NCBI GenBank assembly: GCA_027486655.1 | Contig: JAIXOR010000067.1 | Coordinates: 21,280-85,279 of the forward strand | Length of the DNA stretch: 64,000 nt | From: Verrucomicrobiaceae bacterium | GTDB taxonomy: Bacteria; Verrucomicrobiota; Verrucomicrobiia; Verrucomicrobiales; Akkermansiaceae | Reading direction: 5' to 3' | Shown: piece by piece, positions 48,762 to 56,553 of the stretch | Position numbering within the stretch: the first letter of the stretch is position 1 | Layout: each line of letters begins with the position of its first letter | The notes under the pieces: generated by a model | The model's input: the letters and a program-made list of their open reading frames with translations, nothing else | Databases searched by the model: none | Told to the model about the DNA's origin: nothing | Made by a program: the position numbers and the translations under genes

Positions 48762-49793
48762 TCATTCCTGCCATGGAGCGGGCATTTTCACGAATGCCGG
48801 CCCTTCCACCTCAGAGGCGTAGTATCGATGGAAAACCGGGCAGGCCGATCCTGACATCGGCGGCACCAGCCATGACCAGTCACCGGGAACCTCACGACCC
48901 CGTGCCTCTTCGTGACGAACGTGCTTCATGAACTGCTCCGATGCCGTGTGGTGATCCACCAGCGTCACTCCCGCCTCACGGAAAGAATGGATTACCGCCG
49001 TATTGAGCTCAACGAGCGCACGGTCCTTCCACAACCCATGTGGAGACTTGAAATCCAGACCCATGCGCCGTGCGACTTCCGGCATCAGGTTGTAGCGGCC
49101 GACATCCCCGAGATTGCGGGAGCCGATCTCCGTGCCCATATAAAACCCGCTGAATGGCGCCGCCGTGAACCGTGCGCCATCCACCACCAAGGCCATGTCC
49201 GAGACGGCTGGCAACGCATGCCACTTCAATCCCAAGTCCGCAAACCAGGTGAAATCCGGATGCTTGAGCGGAACCTCAAGCACGGCCTCCTCTGGAATCT
49301 GATAGAGCCGGGGCTCCTGCCCCGGCATCCCGATCACCAGCGGCAGCACGTCAAACCGTCCGGGCACCGGAGGCGGCGTCCACCCCAGCCCGATGACCCG
49401 CCGGGTGAACTCCTCCTGCTCGGGGTCCCCGAGAACCTCGCCCGAGGCCAGCCGGTATCCCGCGTAGCGGATCAGCTGGCGATTCCAAATCCGGATCCCC
49501 CGCCCGGGCTCATCCTCCGCACGGAACACCGTGATCGCCGGACGAATCCGGCCGCCATGGGTGGAATGAACCAGATGATGGACACACGCGTCGAAGACCT
49601 CGTCCGCGGTTGCAGCCGCCCTTGCATCTAACAAATCAAGGCCCTGCCAGAACAATCGGCCGATGCAGCGGGGATGGTTGCGCCAGGCCAGACGCGCCTG
49701 CACCTCAAGTTCCTCCGCAGCCATCCAGGCCGCCGGAGCGACCCCGCCTTCACGGGGACTGCATCCACCGTCCCTGTTCAACTCCGTCGGCAT
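48762..49793 (-). CDS. nos: Nitric oxide synthase oxygenase (bacterial NOS)
   Basis: AWRNHPRCIGRLFW (proximal Cys/Trp), QLIRYAGY, WHALPAVSDM, FSGFYMGTEIGSRN (substrate Glu), VDHHTASEQF, DWSWLVPPMSGS..PVFH. Confidence 0.96.
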   Translation of the reverse strand: MPTELNRDGGCSPREGGVAPAAWMAAEELEVQARLAWRNHPRCIGRLFWQGLDLLDARAAATADEVFDACVHHLVHSTHGGRIRPAITVFRAEDEPGRGIRIWNRQLIRYAGYRLASGEVLGDPEQEEFTRRVIGLGWTPPPVPGRFDVLPLVIGMPGQEPRLYQIPEEAVLEVPLKHPDFTWFADLGLKWHALPAVSDMALVVDGARFTAAPFSGFYMGTEIGSRNLGDVGRYNLMPEVARRMGLDFKSPHGLWKDRALVELNTAVIHSFREAGVTLVDHHTASEQFMKHVRHEEARGREVPGDWSWLVPPMSGSACPVFHRYYASEVEGPAFVKMPAPWQE

Positions 49794-50276
49794 TCACTCC
49801 TCCTCCGGCCTTTCTTCTCTGAGGGATGAGCCATAAGCTGCAAAGGAATCACTCCCGAACGCCCTGCCCGATACCGGGGTGGGGCGCGATGGATGACCAC
49901 CGTCCGCACCCACCTCATGGCTGAGAAACGGCTCGTTCTGGGACCGAGGCAGCCTTCCGAAGGTCCGGATGAATGACGCGAGCCTGCCACGGAGATCCAC
50001 CCAGCGCCCGGTGGGCGTGGAGGCCAGTTCGTGCAGCCAAACCCTCCTCTGCCGGGACTCCTCATCGTCGTGCCGCTTCGAGAGCTTGTGCAGCTCATGC
50101 CGATGCAGCTCACACCAGGCGGCGAGTCTCCTCAATTCGAGATCCGGAGGCATTCCGCTCGAATCAGCCGTCTCAAGAGCCCTCCGGGCAAGCATCATGA
50201 ACACGGAGGAAACATCCGCACGGACGCGAACATCCGGTTCAAGGGGCAGTTCCTGATCCAAGGTATCGGATTCCAT
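49794..50276 (-). CDS. Hypothetical protein (160 aa), in frame with and abutting nos
   Basis: 5 nt downstream of the Hpt-like gene; its TGA directly precedes the nos ATG. Confidence 0.65.
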   Translation of the reverse strand: MESDTLDQELPLEPDVRVRADVSSVFMMLARRALETADSSGMPPDLELRRLAAWCELHRHELHKLSKRHDDEESRQRRVWLHELASTPTGRWVDLRGRLASFIRTFGRLPRSQNEPFLSHEVGADGGHPSRPTPVSGRAFGSDSFAAYGSSLREERPEEE

Positions 50277-50281
50277 AAGTC

Positions 50282-50671
50282 CTATTTTTCGGTTAGTCTA
50301 ACATCGTTCATCACAACCGGGCCGATCTCCAGAGTGGACCAGGCCGCGATGCTCATTCGAACCACCTCGCGCAGCGCTTCCATCCGCGCGTCGCACGGCT
50401 GCGTTCCATCCGACAGACATTCCGCGGCAACCTTCGCCAAGGCGACGAATCCGCAACTCACCGCAGCCCCCTTGAGCTTCACAAGCAGCGGGCGGGCCTC
50501 CGACACGGTCGTGGCGGACATCATCTTGGACTCAAGCACGTAAAGATATCCCGGAAGCCTGCTGGCAAACTCATCGATGATGTCCTTTATCCGGGGATTC
50601 CTCACGATCCCCATCGTATTCATGTGGGCGAGATCCAGGATGGGATAAATCGCACCGACGCTGTCTTTCAT
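50282..50671 (-). CDS. Hpt-like protein lacking the phospho-accepting His
   Basis: PILDLAHM N-terminal motif; LLVKLKGAAVSCG in place of AHxLKG. Confidence 0.7.
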   Translation of the reverse strand: MKDSVGAIYPILDLAHMNTMGIVRNPRIKDIIDEFASRLPGYLYVLESKMMSATTVSEARPLLVKLKGAAVSCGFVALAKVAAECLSDGTQPCDARMEALREVVRMSIAAWSTLEIGPVVMNDVRLTEK

Positions 50672-50726
50672 GGAGATTTGAGTAACAGTTTCGTCAGAAC
50701 CGCATATCAAATTGTCCATTTGTTTC

Positions 50727-50741
50727 GTGCAAAGGTTGCAG
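50727..50741. promoter_or_regulatory. GTGCAA-N3-TTGCAC site (1 mismatch)
   Basis: gtgcaa agg ttgcag, about 55 nt upstream of the Hpt-like/orf160/nos operon. Confidence 0.68.
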
Positions 50742-50758
50742 GGACAATCCGCAGCCAC

Positions 50759-50798
50759 AAAAAAGGACATGGAGGTGACACCCATCACCTCCATGTCC
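50759..50798 (-). terminator. Intrinsic terminator
   Basis: Perfect 14-bp stem GGACATGGAGGTGA/TCACCTCCATGTCC, 6-nt loop, then T6 on the minus strand. Confidence 0.8.
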
Positions 50799-50957
50799 AG
50801 GATGACTGCAGCCATACCCCATTCGCATGGAGATCAGACCCGATATCGAACAACAATATGAACGTCTTTTCCGCCGCGCATTGGATGTCCCCCGCAGCGT
50901 CAAAGACCCGGATGAGATAACTTCAGGATGAATCACGTTCAACGGAATTCCGCCCGG

Positions 50958-50972
50958 GTGCATCATTTGCAC
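50958..50972. promoter_or_regulatory. GTGCAA-N3-TTGCAC site (1 mismatch)
   Basis: gtgcat cat ttgcac. Confidence 0.7.
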
Positions 50973-50984
50973 GAATTCCTCCTG

Positions 50985-51344
50985 ATCGGCGAATGCATGC
51001 ATTTCATGCATGATATCCCCCACATTTCATGCACTTCGGCATTTCATCGACTCGCGACATGCGCCAGTTTCCCGCCGTCGGCACTGCGGACTCCGCAAGG
51101 ATCCACCGCATGCCGTCAATTCCATCACCGGAAGTTTTCCACGACCACGTGTCGCGGTTTGCCTGTAAGGGGGTAAATGCCCTCCAAGGGTGTGGGGCGG
51201 GAGGCTCCACACCCTTGGAAGACCCTCCCTCGCATGCGGACCCAAAAGATTTCCGGACAGATCCCGGGGGGGAATGTGTCCGGATTGAGGAGCATGCCCT
51301 CAAACGCCGCAGGAGGACTCGTTCCTCCTGCGGCAAACTTTTTT
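50985..51344 (+). ncRNA. Candidate structured small RNA
   Basis: Stems 51183-51219 (13 bp), 51252-51284 (8 bp), 51306-51334 (12 bp) plus T6; no convincing ORF; boundaries approximate. Confidence 0.35.
51306..51344. terminator. Hairpin terminator, possibly bidirectional
   Basis: 12-bp stem GCCGCAGGAGGA/TCCTCCTGCGGC; AAACTTTTTT follows on +, GTTTG on -; 14 nt past the kinase stop. Confidence 0.7.
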
Positions 51345-51348
51345 AAGG

Positions 51349-53586
51349 TCAAACCGGTGCGATGAACTCTCGGATCTTCACGATCATCTCGCCATGAAAC
51401 AAGGGCTTCGCCATGAAGCCGTTCATGCCGGCCTGCATGCACTCGATCTGGTCGGAACTGCGGGCGTTGGCGGTGAGCGCGATGATCGGGGCCCGTGACG
51501 ACTTTCTTCCCGGTTCCGCCCTGAGCGCACGGGTGACCTCGACGCCATTCATCACCGGCATCCAGCAGTCCATGAAGATCAGATCGTACTCTTTCTCTGT
51601 TGCCATCGCGAGCGCCTCGCCGCCATCCATCGCGAGATCCACGCAGAGTCCCGTGCTTTCGATCATCATCCGTCCGAGCACTCCGGAGGTCTCGTCATCC
51701 TCGGCAAGCAGCACCCGGCCCTTGAACCTCTCTGAGCGGGACTCCGGCACGTCACGGACGTCGAGATTCCGAAGGGCTGTCTCCGCCAGCGGCAGACGCA
51801 CCACGAAGTAGCTCCCCACTCCGGGTCGGCTGAAAGCACGAATCGCACCTCCCATCAAGGCGGTGAGTTCCTTGGTGATCACAAGTCCCAACCCGATTCC
51901 GTGGTCACCCGACTCGCTTTTCCTGACCGCCTGGGCAAAGGGCTGGAACATCCGGTTCTTGAATTCGCGGTTGAAGCCGATGCCGGTATCCGAAACGGAG
52001 AACCTCACGGGTTGGATTCCGGATGCTCCCTTGCGCCCCATCGAGACACGCACGCGGATGGTTCCGTTGCGGGTGAACTTGAGCGCATTTCCCATCAGGT
52101 TTGCCAGAATCTGCCGGAGGCGGACCGGATCTGCTAGGACCAGACGAGGCACCGCGTCATCAACCTTCCAGTCCAGTTCGCTACCCTGATCGCGTGCCTT
52201 TTTCTCCTCCATCCCGGCGAGCTCGCCCAGCATGGCGCGCAGGTCGACCGGCTCTGGCCGCAGGTCCAGCCTTCCGGCCTCAATTCTCGCGATGTCCAGA
52301 CTCTCGCCAATGATCTTGAGCATCCACCGGCCGGCACCTTCGCCAAGAGCAAGCAGATGCCGTCTGCGACCTTCGTCTTCACAGGATCCGAGCATTTGGA
52401 ACGCTGCCATCATGCCGTTGAGAGGCGTGCGGATCTCGTGACTGACGGAGGCAAGGAAGGAGCTTTTTGCGAAGCTCTCCTGTTCGGCTCGCTCCTTGGC
52501 AATGCGGTGCATCCTCTCGGACTCGATGAGGCGGCATTCCAGGATCTTCTGTTTGGTCACGTCGATGTGCGTGCCGATCATGCGGTGAATCCCGTCGTTC
52601 GGCTTGGAAATATTGAAGCCACGCGTGTTGATCCAGAGCCACTCACCATCGCGGTTGAGCATGCGGAGCGTCATCTCGAACTGGGTTCCGGGGCGTTTCG
52701 CGCAGCGGCCCGCCACCCGGAGCGCCTCGTCACGCTCATCGGGATGCAAGCGGCCACTCCACTCCTCCGGCAAATCCCCGACATCATCCTCGGACAGTCC
52801 GAGCTGGCGCTTCCATTGCTCCGAGTAATAGACCCGGCCGGAAGAAAGGTCCCAATCCCACAGGCCGACGTTGCTGGAAGCAAGAGCGGTGACCAGACGT
52901 TCTTCGGACACCCGGATCCGTTCGATCTGACCCGCGATGGTCGCGCGACGGCGGAGGCTTTCGATCAATACGCCCACCTGATTGGCAAAGGTGGTGAAGA
53001 CCGCGGAAACACCGCCGGGAAAACCCTGATAGAAACCGGGTTGATGCCGGGTGTTGCAGGCGAACAACATTGCAACCGGCTGCCCCTGGGAGTCGACGAC
53101 AAGCTCGGCACAGAAGTCATCCTGCAACCCGAGCTCACCGGGCAGCGGTGGCAGCGGCAGGACCGCCGCTCCTGCCCTCGCCCTCGATGCGAAGGCCTCA
53201 AGATTGGTAAGGATCCAATCACGCAGTGCACGCCACTGGGTGTAGCTCACCTCGCCCAGACCGGAGTGCGTGAGACAGTCCTCATTCTGCTCGCATTGCA
53301 GGCACCAGCAAGCCGCCACGCCACACTCCAACAACTCGATGATGGCCTCGCAAACCAGGTCGGGAAAACTGTCGCCGCTGTCCACCTGCACGGCCTGCCG
53401 GATGAAGTGCTGGATCGTATTGAACCTCGCCCGCTCCTGATCGAGCCGATGGCTGAGGTCGAGCACCTCCTGACGGAGGCGTTCGATCTGGGAGACCTGC
53501 CGCCGCAACAGCACGATCTCGGGCTCGGGATCCTGCGCTGACATCAGGCCATCCACAGGAGCTCTTGCTGACAATCCTGAATCCAT
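51349..53586 (-). CDS. Cytoplasmic hybrid histidine kinase (coiled coil, GAF-like, PAS, HisKA, HATPase, REC), NahK-like by context
   Basis: GLWDWDL..WSGRLHPDE PAS; SHEIRTPLNG; NLMGNALKFT; DTGIG; GIGLGL; FMDCWMP. No TM. Start uncertain, set just after the FIST stop. Confidence 0.92.
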   Translation of the reverse strand: MDSGLSARAPVDGLMSAQDPEPEIVLLRRQVSQIERLRQEVLDLSHRLDQERARFNTIQHFIRQAVQVDSGDSFPDLVCEAIIELLECGVAACWCLQCEQNEDCLTHSGLGEVSYTQWRALRDWILTNLEAFASRARAGAAVLPLPPLPGELGLQDDFCAELVVDSQGQPVAMLFACNTRHQPGFYQGFPGGVSAVFTTFANQVGVLIESLRRRATIAGQIERIRVSEERLVTALASSNVGLWDWDLSSGRVYYSEQWKRQLGLSEDDVGDLPEEWSGRLHPDERDEALRVAGRCAKRPGTQFEMTLRMLNRDGEWLWINTRGFNISKPNDGIHRMIGTHIDVTKQKILECRLIESERMHRIAKERAEQESFAKSSFLASVSHEIRTPLNGMMAAFQMLGSCEDEGRRRHLLALGEGAGRWMLKIIGESLDIARIEAGRLDLRPEPVDLRAMLGELAGMEEKKARDQGSELDWKVDDAVPRLVLADPVRLRQILANLMGNALKFTRNGTIRVRVSMGRKGASGIQPVRFSVSDTGIGFNREFKNRMFQPFAQAVRKSESGDHGIGLGLVITKELTALMGGAIRAFSRPGVGSYFVVRLPLAETALRNLDVRDVPESRSERFKGRVLLAEDDETSGVLGRMMIESTGLCVDLAMDGGEALAMATEKEYDLIFMDCWMPVMNGVEVTRALRAEPGRKSSRAPIIALTANARSSDQIECMQAGMNGFMAKPLFHGEMIVKIREFIAPV

Positions 53587-53593
53587 CGAGGTA

Positions 53594-54796
53594 TCACAAG
53601 GAGCCATCACGCCTGTACAGGACGTATAGGGCCGTGGTGTAGTTGTGAAACTCATTCTGCCCGCCAAGCCGGGCAAACTCGCCGAATCCGTACATGCCGA
53701 GCCATGGCGGCGTTTCATCTCCCTCGGTGAAGGGAGCCTGCATTCTCGAAACCAGCTCCTCCTTGAGGATCCGGTTGAACATATGCCGCCCCCGGGCGAG
53801 GCAGTCGGCATGGAACACGGCCACGGGAGTCACCCCACCCGTCTCGCGGACGAGCCGTGCGGTCAGCCGGTCCATGTCCGAAAAGATGCGGTCTTCATCG
53901 CGCACCGTAAGCCATAGGTCGGTGCCTTCTTCGATGGTGGTCGCATAATGCATCGCCCCGGAGTCATCGTGACTGGTTACCACTCTCAGGATGTGGGGGT
54001 TTCCATACTCGGCTGCAAGTGCCTCCGGCAGCCGCTCCGCGAGCGCCCCGATCGGGATCGTCTGACCGCAGTGTGCGTCCTCAGCCAGACCGAGGCGTTC
54101 GGTGAATTCCAACCAGGCCGGCCGGCCGTTCAACTCGATGATCCGGTTGCCTTCGGAACGCGTAACCCGCATCGGATCCCCGACTGCGAGAAAGCCATGG
54201 CTCGCCCCCGTGGCCACGTGAAGGTCGGGATCCGCAAAGCCGACCAACCATGCCGAGTGCTCATAGACGTGCTCTCCGAAAATCTGATAACTCTTCAGCC
54301 CCCTCATGTTATCGGCGGAGGTGGCACCGAACACGGTTACATCGGAACCAAGGGAATCCTCGATCGCGCGGATGCATTCGTCATTGGCGATATCGATGCC
54401 GGAGGCCATGAAATACACCATGTTCACTCCCGGCAGGCGGCGCTTCAACTCGTTCGCAAGCTCGCCGACCTTCTCGCGGCTGTTGTGGCCGAACACGCCA
54501 TCTCCATGAACGGCGGCGAGTTCCTTGCCGGTGACGGCCATGATCGCGACGTCCCTCATGGTTTCGCTCACCCCCTCGCGGCCGATGATGCCGCAGCAGG
54601 AAGCGCCGACGACCAAGGCCCGGGGAGCGAGCTTGGCGGCCTCCGATGCGAGCTCGGTGAAATCATGACCCACGGAGGCGTGAATCATCAGGAGATCGCA
54701 ATCCAAGCCGGGATTTCCTCCGGCGATTTCGACGCACTCGGCAATGGCGCGTCTTGAATTGATGACCCGGGTACTTGCGGAAGCGAAGTGCAGCAT
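53594..54796 (-). CDS. FIST N/C-domain protein (NosP-like)
   Basis: GASCCGII, VFGATSAD, GASHGF..VG..MRVTRSEGNRIIELNGRPA, DCLAR, GMYGFGEF, FHNYT. Start MLHFAS. Confidence 0.9.
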   Translation of the reverse strand: MLHFASASTRVINSRRAIAECVEIAGGNPGLDCDLLMIHASVGHDFTELASEAAKLAPRALVVGASCCGIIGREGVSETMRDVAIMAVTGKELAAVHGDGVFGHNSREKVGELANELKRRLPGVNMVYFMASGIDIANDECIRAIEDSLGSDVTVFGATSADNMRGLKSYQIFGEHVYEHSAWLVGFADPDLHVATGASHGFLAVGDPMRVTRSEGNRIIELNGRPAWLEFTERLGLAEDAHCGQTIPIGALAERLPEALAAEYGNPHILRVVTSHDDSGAMHYATTIEEGTDLWLTVRDEDRIFSDMDRLTARLVRETGGVTPVAVFHADCLARGRHMFNRILKEELVSRMQAPFTEGDETPPWLGMYGFGEFARLGGQNEFHNYTTALYVLYRRDGSL

Positions 54797-54962
54797 GGGA
54801 TGATGGTTTGGGGGGGTGGTTGTTGGTTTGGGGAGGAGATCCTGGTGGTTTGTCAGGTCCCGGTGGATGCCACGAGCATCGGTAAAATGGCGCGGCTGGA
54901 CCAAGGTAAGCATCCCGAAACCGATTCTGCACCCGGTTCAAGACACAAATCGCGTACCAACC

Positions 54963-54977
54963 ATGCAAACTTTGCAC
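54963..54977. promoter_or_regulatory. GTGCAA-N3-TTGCAC site (1 mismatch)
   Basis: atgcaa act ttgcac in the FIST/regulator divergent promoter. Confidence 0.72.
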
Positions 54978-54997
54978 TAACCCATCGCTTCGGATCC

Positions 54998-55012
54998 GTG
55001 AAATATTTGCAC
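54998..55012. promoter_or_regulatory. GTGCAA-N3-TTGCAC site (1 mismatch)
   Basis: gtgaaa tat ttgcac, 35 bp from the previous site. Confidence 0.68.
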
Positions 55013-55082
55013 GTCTTCAATGCGCAACGAATCGTCCCATTCGGCATTGAATCCTGTTCACAGCACCCAAAGCACCCACCCC

Positions 55083-56510
55083 ATGAAGAAGCCAGACACC
55101 CCGACCGATGACCGGTCCAGCCCTTGGTCGGTTCTCGTGGTGGAGGACGATTTGACGACCTCCTCCCTCATTTGTGCGGTCCTTGATGACAGGGGCATCC
55201 CGTCGCTGCCCTGTCAAAGCGTCCACGAATCCATGGAAGCGATCCGCGAAAACCTGACGATCGGCGCGGCGGTCATCGATCTCGGTCTGCCGGACGGGGA
55301 TGGCATCGACGTCATCCGCAAGGCACGGCAGGTGTTCCCAGGGCTTCCCTTCTTCGTGCTCACTGCCAAAGAGAGCGTTGAGAGCGCGGTTGTCGCGATG
55401 AAGGCAGGAGCGATGGACTATTTCACAAAGCCCTTCGATACGGAAAAACTCGTCACCGTGCTGGCGGATGCGATGAGTCTCTACCGCGGCCAGAGGGAGC
55501 GTAACCAGACGGGCAAAGAGGATTTCCCCAGCATTCGCCGCTGGAAGTCGCCGAAGATGCGTCAAGCGCTCGAGGTGACCAAACTCGCTGCGAAAACGCT
55601 CTCGCCCGTGCTCATCACCGGGGAACCCAGCACCGGCAAGCGCTCGATCGCCCGCATGATCCACGAGGGCGGCAAGCTCCGGAGCAAGCCCCTCGTCACC
55701 ATCAACCTCGCCAACCTCACTCCGCCGGAAGCGGAGATCGAGCTCTTCGGCAAGCCGCTCTCCAAAGGCGAGGAAGCCCATGAAGCCGGACGCGGGCGGC
55801 TTGAACGCTCGGGTGGATCGACGATCTTCATCGAGAACATCGAGCGGCTCAGCGCACCCGCCCAATCCGCCTTGCTCGAATGGATCCAGGCCGCCGACAA
55901 GGGCGGTCCGGGCGGTGTTTCACCGTGCCGCTTGATCGTATCCGGCCCTGCCGCTCTCGAACGGCTGATCCTCGAAGGCTCGTTCCGCGACGACCTTCGC
56001 TACGCGCTTTCGGTTTATCAGGTCGAAGTGCCGTCACTGGCGGAACGCGCCCAGGATCTTCCCGACCTTTGCGAGACCACGATCACCCGCATCTGTGTCT
56101 CGCGGAAGCTGCGGAGGCCCAGCCTCACCCGCAAGGCAATGGAAGTCATTCTCGATCACGCATGGCCGGGGAACCTCAGCGAGCTTCACAGCGTGCTCGA
56201 ACACGCCGTCACCCACACCGGCGACGGATTGATCGGCCCGGACGATCTCCCGCGCCTGCTTTCTTCGTCCGAATCGACGCGCACCAGTTTCATCCCGCTG
56301 GGCATCTCCAGCATCGATGACATCAACAAAGCCACCCTGCTCGCCGCGCTCGAGGCCTGCGGGGGGAACCGCCGCCGCGCCGCCCAGCGCCTCAAGGTGA
56401 GCCTGCGCACGATTTACAACATGATTCAGCGCTATCAGGTGTCCGATGCCGTTCCCAGCAGCCGGATAAAGAAGCGGTCCAAACTGCCGCCACAGGCCAA
56501 CGCGAGCTGA
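55083..56510 (+). CDS. NtrC-like response regulator (REC, degenerate AAA+, Fis-type HTH)
   Basis: VEDD..IDLGLPDGDG..TKPF REC; GEPSTGK; GAFTGA absent; GGNRRRAAQRLKVSLRTIYNMI HTH. Confidence 0.9.
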   Translation: MKKPDTPTDDRSSPWSVLVVEDDLTTSSLICAVLDDRGIPSLPCQSVHESMEAIRENLTIGAAVIDLGLPDGDGIDVIRKARQVFPGLPFFVLTAKESVESAVVAMKAGAMDYFTKPFDTEKLVTVLADAMSLYRGQRERNQTGKEDFPSIRRWKSPKMRQALEVTKLAAKTLSPVLITGEPSTGKRSIARMIHEGGKLRSKPLVTINLANLTPPEAEIELFGKPLSKGEEAHEAGRGRLERSGGSTIFIENIERLSAPAQSALLEWIQAADKGGPGGVSPCRLIVSGPAALERLILEGSFRDDLRYALSVYQVEVPSLAERAQDLPDLCETTITRICVSRKLRRPSLTRKAMEVILDHAWPGNLSELHSVLEHAVTHTGDGLIGPDDLPRLLSSSESTRTSFIPLGISSIDDINKATLLAALEACGGNRRRAAQRLKVSLRTIYNMIQRYQVSDAVPSSRIKKRSKLPPQANAS

Positions 56511-56553
56511 TCGAAGCTTCCCACATCGCCCGCGATGGTCTATGCCGTGGGCC

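Noticed and set aside
49794-49796. TGA as selenocysteine
   Set aside because: Position matches no catalytic Cys, an SD-like GGAGG precedes the next ATG, and no SECIS-like hairpin was evident.
50672-50815. N-terminal extension with CPCNLC on the Hpt-like ORF
   Set aside because: It runs across a terminator and a palindrome site, so the real start is probably 50671.
51000-51050. Three CATTTCAT direct repeats
   Set aside because: Irregular spacing (23 and 17 nt); possibly decayed copies of the palindrome; too weak alone.
51115-51168. Resemblance to a c-di-GMP-I riboswitch on the minus strand (ACAGGCAAACC...GG...CCGG)
   Set aside because: Lacks the GAAA tetraloop and GACGCAAAG core; an Infernal search would settle it.
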